The position numbers and the translations under genes were made by a program. The notes beneath the pieces are model-generated. The model did not search any database and was not told the DNA's origin. It saw only the letters and a program-made list of their open reading frames with translations. Below are positions 1 to 10,499 of a stretch of 64,000 nt of DNA, one piece after another. The DNA lies in assembly GCA_963663405.2 (NCBI GenBank), contig CAXXSM010000122.1, forward strand, positions 1 to 64,000, given 5' to 3'. This DNA comes from a bacterium (lineage in GTDB: Bacteria; Hinthialibacterota; Hinthialibacteria; Hinthialibacterales; Hinthialibacteraceae). Numbering within the stretch: position 1 is the first letter of the stretch; every line of letters starts with the position of its first letter.

Positions 1-9
1 GCTCTCTAC

Positions 10-1455
10 ATGCACTATTCAGGTGTCTGGGATTCTCATGCGGTAGCGGAGCATCCCGAATGGGCCGCTGTCAACGCGGATGGCAAACCCAACGATAGAG
101 CCACATCGGTCTTTGGTCCTTACGCGGATACTCTTTTAATTCCCCAGCTCCGCGAACTGGCGGGCGTGTATAAAGTGGATGGCGTCTGGATCGACGGCGA
201 CTGCTGGGCGACCGTTCCCGACTATGGCGAAAAGGCCGTGCGGGAATTCTGCAAACAAACAGGAGCCGAATCCGCTCCCCGCAAAGCGGGAGAACCATAT
301 TGGAATGAATGGATGGATTTTAACCGCGAAGGATTCCGCCGTTATGTACGGCATAATGTAGATGCGTTAAAAGCTTCCCACCCGGAATTCCAGGTTATCA
401 GCAACTGGGCGTTCAGCGATCACATGCCCGAACCCGTGTCGGCTGACGTGGCAGGGCTGTCGGGTGATTTCTCACCGGACGACAGCGTCAATTCCGCCCG
501 TTTCGCTGGACGCTGTCTCGAAGACCAGGGCGTCCCTTGGGATCTGATGTCATGGTCGTTCAGCCGTAAAACACGCAAACAAAAACCCGCCATCCAACTT
601 ATGCAGGAAGCGGCTGTGGTCCTTGCCCTCGGTGGAGGATACCAAGCGTATTTCAAACAGGACCGCACCGGAGCGATTCGCAATCCAGCCGAGATGGATG
701 TAATGGCCGAAGTCGCCCAATTCTGCCGCGCCCGTCAGGCGTATTGCCACCGGTCCACCGCCGTTCCACAGATTGCGCTGCTCTACTCCACAGCCGGTCA
801 CTACCACGAATCACCAAGACTCTTCCATTGGTCCGGCAGCAATGGCGTTACAGTGCTTCGCAAAGCGTTGACACAGATTCTCCAGGATCAATATGGCGTA
901 CAAGTTCTCAGCGAACATCATTTGAAAGGAAACATGGCTAAGTGGCCCTTAATCATTGTGCCAGGCTGGGCTTATTTGGAACCAGAATTTCGGGATGAAC
1001 TCGCCGCCTACGCGCAATCCAACGGCCGCTTACTTCTCATTGGCCCCGGCCCCGCCAAACTCTTCGAGCCAGAGATCAACGAATCGAACAAATCTATCTA
1101 TACAATTAACGAGGTCTCCGAAACATTTCCAAACGTCTTGAAAAAAGCGTTCCCCAAACCCATTGTCGAAGTCAGCGGTTCCCAGGATGTTGATGTCAGT
1201 CCACGAATGTTAAATGGAAAACTGTCAATTCACTTGGTAAACACATCCGGCCCGCACGCCGATGCGCCGGATGGAGGCATTAAGGAAATCAAACCGGTTG
1301 GCCCGCTAACAGTCAAAATCCATCTCGCGAAAGCCCCCGCCTCAATCACACAACAACCGGAGAATAAACCTCTCTCCGTTAGTTGGGATAACAACCAAGC
1401 CACGGTTACAATTCCACAACTTGATATCTATTCAATTCTTACTGTTGAACCATAG
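10..1455 (+). CDS. Putative glycoside hydrolase (TIM-barrel, GHL6/GH29-like, plus beta-galactosidase-trimerisation-like domain); 5' end lies outside the window
   Basis: 481-aa ORF open from the window edge; DGVWIDGD barrel motif; C-terminal ALLYS...IIVPG...LLLIG class-I GATase-like domain. Confidence 0.6.
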   Translation: MHYSGVWDSHAVAEHPEWAAVNADGKPNDRATSVFGPYADTLLIPQLRELAGVYKVDGVWIDGDCWATVPDYGEKAVREFCKQTGAESAPRKAGEPYWNEWMDFNREGFRRYVRHNVDALKASHPEFQVISNWAFSDHMPEPVSADVAGLSGDFSPDDSVNSARFAGRCLEDQGVPWDLMSWSFSRKTRKQKPAIQLMQEAAVVLALGGGYQAYFKQDRTGAIRNPAEMDVMAEVAQFCRARQAYCHRSTAVPQIALLYSTAGHYHESPRLFHWSGSNGVTVLRKALTQILQDQYGVQVLSEHHLKGNMAKWPLIIVPGWAYLEPEFRDELAAYAQSNGRLLLIGPGPAKLFEPEINESNKSIYTINEVSETFPNVLKKAFPKPIVEVSGSQDVDVSPRMLNGKLSIHLVNTSGPHADAPDGGIKEIKPVGPLTVKIHLAKAPASITQQPENKPLSVSWDNNQATVTIPQLDIYSILTVEP

Positions 1456-1490
1456 CAAAACAATATTACAAACAAATACAATGCGTTAAC

Positions 1491-1539
1491 TATCCCGTAG
1501 GGACATCAAAAAATAGCCCAGCCTTTCCAAGGCTGGGCG
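1491..1539. repeat. Composite REP-like palindrome (short TATCCC/GGGACA hairpin + GCCCAGCC-TTTCCAA-GGCTGGGC hairpin); empty copy of the IS4 target
   Basis: tatcccgtagggacatcaaaaaatagcccagcctttccaaggctgggcg between convergent genes; close reverse-complement match to 44078-44125 and similar to 17515-17557. Confidence 0.8.
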
Positions 1540-1619
1540 CATTCCTAAATCGTTTCTATAATCCATAAAATGCAATTATATTTGACAATAATCCATTGAT
1601 TAATCTACGCAACCTACTC

Positions 1620-3587
1620 CTATTTCCCCCAATCCTTCAACAGTTTAATTCGCATCGTTTTAACAACCGATTGAGAACAGGAACCGGGTGTGATTAAAAC
1701 AGTAAATGTAAGTGTTCCATCTGAAGCCGCCTTACCATTCAATACAGCCATACATGTGCCCCGGTTTGGGGAATCCCATTCATTCTTCGGTTTTGAAGTG
1801 TCAACAATCTCCCACTTCGCGGATTCGGCTGAAGATAGATTAGTCAACCGAAGGGATTTCCCATCTTGCATTAATTCAAGAAGGAACTGCTCTTGATTGG
1901 CCGGTTTGGCGCGAGTCAACATCCCCCAACGAACCTTGCTGTCCGGCTTTAATCCCTTCAATTCATCCCGGATCAAGACTTCGTTTGATGGCAGTAACGC
2001 AATCCCTCGCTGGACCGATTCCGCCTGCCCTTCATAAACCGGACTCAGATCAATAATGCTGAAAGGAAAATCAGGATCATCGGAAAATTGAATAATCGAT
2101 CCAGCGTTCTTCGCCACTTGCAGCTGATCGTCGATCACCAATGTATTATGCCCATGATTCTGCTGCCGGAAAATTTTCCAGCGATCGGAATCCTGCGAAC
2201 GATCCCACAAACTCATCCCTCGCGATTCGATTCCATAATATCCTTCCGCGCCAAGGTCCAAGGCCCAGCGAACACCATCCGCGTCCAACACAAAAGATCC
2301 TGTATCCATCTGCCCATGATTCGCCGAAGGGGAACCGGCTTTCAAACCAACAAAAACCGCGTTCGGATCGGTCCATGAACTTCGGTGAATCGTAATCGGA
2401 ACATGCCCTTCACTCGACCAATGCAGAGGCATTTCCATATCCTGACTGTCCGGTTTCTCCCCCATCCACATTAATATCATGGGAAAAAAACGGTCACCAT
2501 AAAACCGCCGGTTCGACGCCTCCGCTCGAGCGGCCGCTTTTGACAACAGATTGTATTCATTCAATAACCAATCCGGCCGGTTATACCGCGACGCAAACCA
2601 AAAAACAGCCGGTTCAGGGCTTCGACCGGCGCCTCCATCCGCATAGTTGAATGTGGAGCCGGAAGGCCCCGTCACCAGGCTTAAATATTGACCGGTCATA
2701 TCAAATCCCGGAGCTTGGCTCAATCCAAAATCAGAACCTAAAACACTTTCCAATACATCGATCAACAACACATTGTACGTAGTCCCGTACGACCAATAAC
2801 CAGGGCCTTCCGGATAACTGCCTTTGGGAGCGAACGCCGCCATCGAATAGGTAACATTCTGCAGCGCGTTATGAACGGTCTTCGCCGCCAGTTCCGGTTC
2901 ATCCTCCAGCACAGCGAGCGCTCCCGCTGTCAGTCCTCCGTGGCATACTTGCCCCCAATTGTTCCTGGATCGTACCCACCCATTATGCTGTGTTTCAAAG
3001 GGAAGAATTACGCCCTTCTGGATAATGGCTTCCCGGATTTTCGACCGGGATTCTTTATCGAGCTGATCGTATAACCAATCATACCCGATCGCTAACGCCA
3101 TCGTCATTTCCGCCACATCCAGAAAATGACTTGGATTCCAATCTTTAAAATTCGCCGCTTCCACCATTTCCCGTTCGCAGCGTCGAACGTACTTCAATTC
3201 ACCCGTCAGGTGATAAGCCATCGCCAAAGCGATCACTCGGTCAACGCAGCGCCGGGATTGACCGAGAAGCCTTCTCCCCTGTAATCTTCTCTCTATCGGT
3301 GAGGCATCCAGAAGAGAATCCGCGTGTTGAATCACAGAGCGTTTCAACGATTGGCTTAACGAATCCCGATCGGCCTTCCGTTTCAATTCCTTGAATCCAT
3401 CAGCGTCAAGAAATAATCGGGGATGTGTCTTGGGTAATTGATCAATACGATTGTTCAACGCTTCCAGCGAAATCGTTGGAGGGTAAGACTCCCCCGCGTC
3501 ACTCACCAAGACATTCCCAGATAAACAGACAACAACTATTAATCCTAGAAAAAAAACTGCATTTCTAAACTTATTCAATATACACAT
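1620..3587 (-). CDS. Heparinase II/III-family polysaccharide lyase-like protein (DUF4962-like N-terminus), exported
   Basis: HPRLF, NNWGQVC, YPEGPGYWSYG, H-G-Q-M-D-x-GSF and HNTLVID motifs; start moved to MCILNK (ATG 3587, AGGTGA RBS) ahead of a hydrophobic signal. Confidence 0.8.
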   Translation of the reverse strand: MCILNKFRNAVFFLGLIVVVCLSGNVLVSDAGESYPPTISLEALNNRIDQLPKTHPRLFLDADGFKELKRKADRDSLSQSLKRSVIQHADSLLDASPIERRLQGRRLLGQSRRCVDRVIALAMAYHLTGELKYVRRCEREMVEAANFKDWNPSHFLDVAEMTMALAIGYDWLYDQLDKESRSKIREAIIQKGVILPFETQHNGWVRSRNNWGQVCHGGLTAGALAVLEDEPELAAKTVHNALQNVTYSMAAFAPKGSYPEGPGYWSYGTTYNVLLIDVLESVLGSDFGLSQAPGFDMTGQYLSLVTGPSGSTFNYADGGAGRSPEPAVFWFASRYNRPDWLLNEYNLLSKAAARAEASNRRFYGDRFFPMILMWMGEKPDSQDMEMPLHWSSEGHVPITIHRSSWTDPNAVFVGLKAGSPSANHGQMDTGSFVLDADGVRWALDLGAEGYYGIESRGMSLWDRSQDSDRWKIFRQQNHGHNTLVIDDQLQVAKNAGSIIQFSDDPDFPFSIIDLSPVYEGQAESVQRGIALLPSNEVLIRDELKGLKPDSKVRWGMLTRAKPANQEQFLLELMQDGKSLRLTNLSSAESAKWEIVDTSKPKNEWDSPNRGTCMAVLNGKAASDGTLTFTVLITPGSCSQSVVKTMRIKLLKDWGK

Positions 3588-3690
3588 TTTGATATCACCT
3601 ACTCCATTTTCTAATTCTCCAGAACACCATTTCGCATTCTGGATTGATCCGTTCACTCCTTCAATAATCAATCGCGCTGAAATCAATCAC

Positions 3691-3732
3691 ATCCTGAAAA
3701 TCCTTTTATCCTGTCTATCCTGATTCAGACAA
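3691..3732. repeat. Right arm only of the periodic ATCC inverted-repeat element
   Basis: ATCCTGAAA ATCCTTTT ATCCTGTCT ATCCTGATTCAGACAA; same 9-8-9 spacing as 18865-18906. Confidence 0.7.
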
Positions 3733-3748
3733 AAAACAATGCATACAA

Positions 3749-5110
3749 CTACGCTTTCCAAACGTCCTCCCAAACGACCACCCGTTCCGGACTGGTTCTT
3801 TAATGTAAGCGTTCAGTTTGGGATCGTTCGTGACTTTCATCTTTGCGGCGTCATATTCGATTCGCGCATTGAACCGCTGTGACAAAACACCGAGTAAAGT
3901 CATTTCGGCCAGATCCGAAGAGTAATCAAAATTCGATCCCGGCATGGGGCCGTCTCCTTTGATCGCGTCAATCCATTCATTCCATGGCCCCCCTTGGATA
4001 CGTGGAATCGTTTTATCCGTTGGATTGGATTGAAAATCATTCCACACGCTATCCGGAATGAGTTTCGGATTATTCGGACGTCCACCCGTCATGAGAGAAC
4101 ATTTCGAGCCAACCATAATCATCCCGCTGCCGGGCAATTGATCCAATCCCCATCCAGGCTGAATCTCCGGTTTTAATCCACCATCATACCAGTTCAGAAC
4201 CACAGGAGGTTTTTCTCCACGCGCGGGGAAGGAGAAACGAATAATGGATCGATCCGGCGTGAAACCATCGGGCGAAGGACTTCGCTCGATCGCCTTGATG
4301 GTTTCCGGCATTCCAAGTTGCAGCGCCCAGAAGGGGCCGTCTAATGTGTGACACGCCCAATCCCCCAATTCCGCGTTCCCAAAGTCATACCATCCGCGCC
4401 AGTGCCGGGGCAGATAGGAATGACTGTATGGCCGTTCCTTCGCCGGCCCCAGCCAGAGATTCCATTGCAAGGTATCTGGAACTTCTTCCGGTTTGGGTGG
4501 ATAGGTGTCCGGTTTGGAGAAATAACTGCCTTGGAAATCCGGACCGCCAAACCACGCGTATACCTTTTTTACTTCACCAATCACACCGGCTTCATACCAT
4601 TCTTTAATACATCGTATACCGTCTGTCGCGTGGCCTTGGTTTCCCATTTGGCTGATAACACCATAATGCCGCGCGGCCTTCTTAAGCGTTCGAACTTGCC
4701 ACACATTATGCGCGAGTGGTTTTTCAACATATACATGCTTCCCGTTTTGCATCGCGCACAGAGCGGCGGCGAAGTGCGTGTGATCGGGTATGGCGACACA
4801 AACCGCGTCGATTTCCTTGCTCATCGTATCCATCAGAACCCGGAAATCGTGAAAATATTTCGCGTCAGAATATTGATTCCTCGCTTTCGCCGCGCTGTCG
4901 TCGTTCACATCACATAACGCGGCGACGTTCTCCCCCGAACATCCTTCCAAAACTGGCGCTCCCCCGTCCTCCCGCGCCAATTACGGCCACGTTCAATTTC
5001 CCGTTGGCCGATGCGCCCTCTTTACCAATCGCAAACCGGGGAACTACGAAAACACCAGCGGCCAAGGCCGCGCCTCGTCTCAAAAAATCACGGCGGTTCT
5101 CTTTTTTCAT
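3749..5110 (-). CDS. Gfo/Idh/MocA-family oxidoreductase with Tat signal; frameshifted near 4950 and 3770
   Basis: RRDFL Tat motif and KLNVAVIGAGGRG in ORF 4910-5110; PDHTH, YVEKPL, QMGNQG and GDWACH in ORF 3715-4980; one extra G restores the end WSFGEDVWKA*. Confidence 0.85.
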
Positions 5111-5375
5111 CCTTCTCTCCCATTCTTTCCCTTATTCTCTATCGATCGCATACTCCAAACCGCGGAACGATCCCACTGAATATCATTTGAAGTGAAAGTA
5201 CATAGCCCCTTCGTTTATCATCGATACTATACTGTATACAAGAGAGAAAGCAAACGTAATAGGTTGGCTCTAATAATGGAGTTCGGTTTGAAATAGAGAA
5301 AACGTTCTACTGTCGATAATGGTTAGATAGAAGTAAATGTATACTTAAACAACAATAGATGGGAAGATTGTTCCG

Positions 5376-6536
5376 TTATTCTTGAAATAGCAGAGGCGCG
5401 TACTCATTCAGATATTCCCGCCAATTGATCCATGTATGCCCCCCGGCGGATTCTTTGAAGACAACATCAAACTTATGTTTCTTAAACATCTCCACGGTCG
5501 CGCGGGATGTTTCAATAAGAAAATCATCTTTCCCGGTTGCGAACCAGAAGAGTTTTAGATCCAGTTTCAATGACGCGTCATCCAAAATCTCCTTATGCCG
5601 CTCTTCCCACGATTGATCGGAGCTGGAACCTGGTCCTCTTCCATTAATGCCAAAAATACCGGAGCTGAAAACGCCGATGTATCCAAAGTCTTTCAGATTG
5701 GGAATCCCAATATCCAATGTATGGGCGCCCCCCATTGACAAGCCGGCGATCGCCCGGTTCTTCCGGTCTGTGTAGACACGATAGTGTTTCTCGACATACG
5801 GTCTGATATCACCATTAAAATCTTTGATAAACGCATCCATCTGCAATCCACCGCCACGATGGAACGGCCCTGTATGCCCGGCAGGCATGACAACCACCAT
5901 CGGTTTAGCTTTCTTGGCGGCGATCAGATTGTCCAGAATGAAACCGGCACGTCCGACGGACGACCAAGAATCATCGCAATCATACGCGCCATGCAGTAAG
6001 TAAAACACCGGATATTTCCCATTTCCCAATTCATACCCAGGCGGCGTATAAACATGCATTCTTCGGAAGCGGTCTAAAGAGGAAGAAAAGTATGTCACAG
6101 ACGCTACAGCGCCGTGAGGGACTTTTTTCGTATCCATGAAATCCGCCCCAGGAACATAGACAAGGCTCCACGTATTCATATTCGATTCACTTGTCTTCGG
6201 ATTCCGGGGATCAATCACAGACACGTCATCGACATTGAAATTGTACCGGTAAGCGCCCGGTTCAACCGGCCCGATAGTCAATTCCCAAACGCCTTCCTCA
6301 TTCTTGGTCAGTTCTGAATTTTGCCCGATTCCAGGAATATCACCGGCGCTAAGACGGACCGATTCCGCTTTTGGCGCCAAAATGCGAAATGTAACATGCC
6401 GATCCTTGTTCACTTCAGGTGAGACCACTTGAGGCCCCTGCTCTCTTCGTGGCTGCGCCTGCGATGAGCACATCAAAACAACTGACAGCGACAAGGTAAG
6501 CGCAAAGGTTAGTACAATAATTTTACACGCACGCAT
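5376..6536 (-). CDS. Exported esterase (CE1/Fes-like alpha/beta hydrolase with N-terminal Ig/CBM48-like domain)
   Basis: Signal peptide; VTFRILAP...YRYNFNVD domain; YPVFYLLHG, GLSMGG nucleophile elbow, GGHTW. Confidence 0.85.
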   Translation of the reverse strand: MRACKIIVLTFALTLSLSVVLMCSSQAQPRREQGPQVVSPEVNKDRHVTFRILAPKAESVRLSAGDIPGIGQNSELTKNEEGVWELTIGPVEPGAYRYNFNVDDVSVIDPRNPKTSESNMNTWSLVYVPGADFMDTKKVPHGAVASVTYFSSSLDRFRRMHVYTPPGYELGNGKYPVFYLLHGAYDCDDSWSSVGRAGFILDNLIAAKKAKPMVVVMPAGHTGPFHRGGGLQMDAFIKDFNGDIRPYVEKHYRVYTDRKNRAIAGLSMGGAHTLDIGIPNLKDFGYIGVFSSGIFGINGRGPGSSSDQSWEERHKEILDDASLKLDLKLFWFATGKDDFLIETSRATVEMFKKHKFDVVFKESAGGHTWINWREYLNEYAPLLFQE

Positions 6537-6710
6537 AATCGATTCCTTTCTTCTTAATAACCAGTTTGATTCATCACCTAAGCGATTCGCTTAAATGATG
6601 AAATAAAATCCTTTTTTCTGTAAACTACTTTTCCCTCTCAAAACGGAGCGACTGACATTTTTTACAAAGTTTCTGTCCTTTTTCAATCCACTGACGCTCA
6701 TAAACAGATT

Positions 6711-8987
6711 CTATTGAGGCTCGCTGGCTCCACGAAAAACACTCCCCCCAAACGTCGTGACATACATAATGCTCTCATCGTCTGGATCAAACGTCACGCG
6801 TTGAATATTACTGAAAGGGAGTGAATCAAAAGGGCTCCACGTCTTGCCATGATCTTTACTCAGCCAAAGCCCCGCGTTCGGCGCGTCTTCACAAAGAGTC
6901 ATGTAAATCCAGCCCTCGCGGGAAGGATGAAAATAGGCGCCGAAATGCTGCGGCCCTTCCCGCGCGATGCGATTCCACGTGATTCCTCCATCCATCGTCC
7001 GCCACAAACCACCCTGCGCTTCTCCCCGCCGGAGATCGCATGCGCCGATATAAATCTCTTCACTGTTTTTAGGATGAACGGTAAAATCCTTCGGCCATAG
7101 CAGAGGCTGTGATTGATTGACAAGTTCCCAATATTCCCCCCGATCCCTCGAACGATACAACCCAACGCCATCCGCTTCGAAAACTTGATTCCGATACATC
7201 GCCGTGATGAGACAAAACAGCGTTCCATCCTCGTGCAGACTGACGCGGCAAGCCCGCATATTGCTGGGAGAGCCAAGACCAGCGCTCTTCTTGATCCACG
7301 TTTTAGCATCGTCATCCGATCGATAAACGCCATGCGAATAGATCGCGGAATACAATGTCCGATTGCCCTTTGGACTTTTTGGATCTACAATCACCGAACA
7401 GGCGGCGGTGGGAGGAAGCCCGTCATTCATCGGTTTCCAATTCTCCGCGAAATCATCGCTGAACGCGATTCCGCCAATCCTCTCATCCTCGCTCAAACGA
7501 TTCCAGTGACTTCCCGTGATAACATTGCCATTCGGGATATCGTGCACATTGGAAAATGCGCCCCAAATTTTCCCTGGAATGTCAGGATCGAAGGCCAGTT
7601 CGTAGCAGGTGTTGTACCACGGGATTTGCCGATGCCTGGACCAGGACGGCCAATACCTCCACGTTTTCCCCTTATCGAGCGAGCGCGCGAATCCAATATC
7701 CGTGTACGCGATATAATGCCGGCGCTGCTGAAACGGATCGATATAATAATGCCATGTCGATGTCACCACCAAGCCGGTATTCAAAAACGCCACCGGTTTC
7801 TCTTCATTCGCCGCGGGACGGGAATGCCCGTTAAACCACGTTTTCCCTCCGTTTTTCGTGATATAACATTCCATACTATCCGTCGTCATGACGAAATCAG
7901 GATCTGAAGGCGCGATCGCGGCGCCGATCGGCGCGCCATTGCCGCTTGTGCCCATATACGCTGTGTGATAGTTCTGTTCGAGATTGAATTGTTTTAACTG
8001 GGGACTCGCATACAAAACCGCGCGCCACGTTTCCCCCGCGTCTTCACTGCGGTAACAAGTCGAATGATGTGGAGGCGAATACGTCGTTCCCCGATTAAAA
8101 ACATATACAACGCGCGGATTAACATCCGTTGTCAAGACATGGTAGTATTGCGGAATCTTCTCATTTACAATCTGCGTGTCAATCCCGGCTCCCATCGCAG
8201 ACGCCCATGTTGCGCCCCGATCAACCGATCGATACACTCCACCTGCGAATCCATTCTGGTCTTTACTTTGAATCGCGCAATACAAAACAATCGTTTTTTC
8301 CTCTTGATTTGATCCACCTTTAAATCCTTGAATTGGAGTCCAGGGAAGCGCGCTGGAAATATCTTTCCATGTCAGCCCTCCATTCTCACTGCGCCATAAT
8401 CCCATCTCAGTCGCCACGAAACAAACCCGTTCTTCTTTCGGACTCGTCCGGTCAAAATGAAAACCAATCACGTCTCCGCGAGGCCCATCCATTTGGCTCC
8501 AATGTTCTCCTCCATCCTCACTGCGCCAAACATGTTGCTGGCAACCTGTCAACATCAAATCGGGCTGATCCGGGTCGAGAGCGATTTCTCCAACCAGGCG
8601 GCCAGTGAGATCGCCATATGGATTCCAGGTCTCCCCCCGGTCACGGCTGATATGCAATCGGCCCCGCCACCCACTAGGCGCGTAGATCACATTAATATCT
8701 TGTGGATGAAATCCAGCCCGGCAGCGTGTGTTCCCCCGCAGCTGCGCATGATGGATCATCCGCCATGTCACTCCTCCATTGAATGACAGAAACGCGCAAC
8801 TCATATCACAGTTGAGAAAAATTAAATTGGGATCGATGGGACTGATCGCCGGAGTAAACATCGCTCCCCCGCCGGACAATCCAATCGGCTCCCAACCATA
8901 GACACTGTACTCATCGATCGCGCAGGAATTCGAATGAACGAGGAAAACGGTGAGTATTAAAATGATAAGAAGAAACTTTTTATTCAT
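6711..8987 (-). CDS. Exported BNR/Asp-box beta-propeller glycosidase-like protein (GH74/sortilin-like)
   Basis: More than 10 SxDxGxTW-type repeats; MNKKFLLIIL signal peptide; CDMS and YTDIG Asp motifs. Confidence 0.75.
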   Translation of the reverse strand: MNKKFLLIILILTVFLVHSNSCAIDEYSVYGWEPIGLSGGGAMFTPAISPIDPNLIFLNCDMSCAFLSFNGGVTWRMIHHAQLRGNTRCRAGFHPQDINVIYAPSGWRGRLHISRDRGETWNPYGDLTGRLVGEIALDPDQPDLMLTGCQQHVWRSEDGGEHWSQMDGPRGDVIGFHFDRTSPKEERVCFVATEMGLWRSENGGLTWKDISSALPWTPIQGFKGGSNQEEKTIVLYCAIQSKDQNGFAGGVYRSVDRGATWASAMGAGIDTQIVNEKIPQYYHVLTTDVNPRVVYVFNRGTTYSPPHHSTCYRSEDAGETWRAVLYASPQLKQFNLEQNYHTAYMGTSGNGAPIGAAIAPSDPDFVMTTDSMECYITKNGGKTWFNGHSRPAANEEKPVAFLNTGLVVTSTWHYYIDPFQQRRHYIAYTDIGFARSLDKGKTWRYWPSWSRHRQIPWYNTCYELAFDPDIPGKIWGAFSNVHDIPNGNVITGSHWNRLSEDERIGGIAFSDDFAENWKPMNDGLPPTAACSVIVDPKSPKGNRTLYSAIYSHGVYRSDDDAKTWIKKSAGLGSPSNMRACRVSLHEDGTLFCLITAMYRNQVFEADGVGLYRSRDRGEYWELVNQSQPLLWPKDFTVHPKNSEEIYIGACDLRRGEAQGGLWRTMDGGITWNRIAREGPQHFGAYFHPSREGWIYMTLCEDAPNAGLWLSKDHGKTWSPFDSLPFSNIQRVTFDPDDESIMYVTTFGGSVFRGASEPQ

Positions 8988-9044
8988 GGATTTATCCCCC
9001 TCATCCATTGTTATTTCCATATGTAAAGAAAGCATCTCCAAGAT

Positions 9045-10034
9045 TTATTTCGCTCGTTTCTCCAATTTCGTAAAGAAATCTCTGAAGATTGGATCGCGCT
9101 GCAGAAAGTAGACCGCCCGGATCAAATGCCGGGATTGATTAAAACTGAACGTATAACTATCCGTCACGATCGGGCTGTGAACAAGATTGGATGGAAGCCA
9201 ATTACTATTGACTAACCAAGCGACGGCGGTCATATCCCACAGCACTTTCGACCATCCGAAATGATCTTTTCGATAATCTTTGAAAATCTCCAGCAGATAA
9301 TCCCCAATCGCTCCTCGTCCACCGACGTATCGTTCCATCTCCGGGACAGTCGTCGTGAAATGAGTGACGACAGGCGTGCAGGGCAGTTGCACAAACGGCG
9401 CCCCGCAGTCAAAAATCACACGGGAAGCGTTCAAGTCCTGCCGGAAGTTAAATTCCCGCTGATGCGGCCACTGATGGCCATTTCCGCCCAACCAGACAAT
9501 CACGATGTTCTTTATAATGGATGGATCGATCAGAATAGCGTTCGCGACATTGGTGATCGCGCCCACCGCCGCGACATACAACGGATCCTCCGGACTGCTT
9601 TTTTTCGCCCGCGCAATCAAATCCAACGCCGCTGGACTGCATTCCGGATTCTTCAAGTCAGTGATGTAATGGGTACTGCCCCGGAAAGCGAAACCTTCGT
9701 CCGGATGATCCAATTTACCCAGAATCCGCAGAATCTCTTCGTAACTCTTCTCCATCCCCTCGCCCGGTCCGCTGGACCGGCTATTATGGAACGGCGCGGC
9801 GTACACCGCTTGCACATCGAGTTCCGGCGAAATCAACGCATACACCACCGCAAACTGATCGTCGATCTCATTATAGGTATCCGTATCCAACACCATCCGC
9901 ACTGGCCTTTGCGCAGGCGGCTCCAAAGATTGAATGCGCTGACTGTCAGAAATCGATGGATACTCCTGCCCGAATAAAACAGGCGCATAAATAAGAAAAC
10001 ACAAAACAGCCAGGATTCCAATAACGTTTTTCAT
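9045..10034 (-). CDS. Inosine/uridine-preferring nucleoside hydrolase family protein with signal peptide
   Basis: VLDTDTYNEIDD, GAITNVA, EFN and LWD motifs. Confidence 0.8.
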   Translation of the reverse strand: MKNVIGILAVLCFLIYAPVLFGQEYPSISDSQRIQSLEPPAQRPVRMVLDTDTYNEIDDQFAVVYALISPELDVQAVYAAPFHNSRSSGPGEGMEKSYEEILRILGKLDHPDEGFAFRGSTHYITDLKNPECSPAALDLIARAKKSSPEDPLYVAAVGAITNVANAILIDPSIIKNIVIVWLGGNGHQWPHQREFNFRQDLNASRVIFDCGAPFVQLPCTPVVTHFTTTVPEMERYVGGRGAIGDYLLEIFKDYRKDHFGWSKVLWDMTAVAWLVNSNWLPSNLVHSPIVTDSYTFSFNQSRHLIRAVYFLQRDPIFRDFFTKLEKRAK

Positions 10035-10101
10035 CGATCGTTTCCTTTCTTACATCTTATTTTTAGCTCATCTAGTAAGTAAGCATTCTTAGTAAATGCG
10101 T

Positions 10102-10271
10102 GGGTACCCAGGACAAGTACCGGCGCTTGCGCCGGAGCTTTTACTTTCTTCTTCACTGATTTAAATCCATCAAACCTTCAAAGAATCCCACCAATAAGTA
10201 TTCACTCTCCAAACGAACCTTAATTACATGGGCGCCCAGGGCTAGGCTTTTTTCTGCCCTGGCCTAAATCC
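10102..10271 (-). repeat. Two copies (long form 10102-10168, short form 10230-10271) of a dispersed GGA..CAGGGCAG..CTTGCCCTGGGTACCC stem-loop repeat
   Basis: Reverse complements match 33571-33638 (long form) and 27244-27284 / 28528-28568 (short form). Confidence 0.7.
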
Positions 10272-10499
10272 ACCAAACCACAAAATGATCTCACCTATTA
10301 ATATTTGCTCTCCGAATAAACCATAATTCTCGCATACCATAACCGCATCCGTCAATCGCAAGCAAACGATTGAAAATAGTTTCGATAACAAATCATTCCC
10401 AGACAAGCGAACTAGTCCAATCCAATAGAATAAATTACAATGGGATCGATCAACAAGCAAAATCAAAAATCAATTGAATAAAGAGGAAAGGATAGAATC

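Noticed and set aside
7113-9977. Long antisense ORFs (7113-7907, 9261-9977; likewise 17696-18310, 23288-23902, 28598-29383)
   Set aside because: Shadow frames of well-supported genes on the opposite strand, with no motifs or RBS
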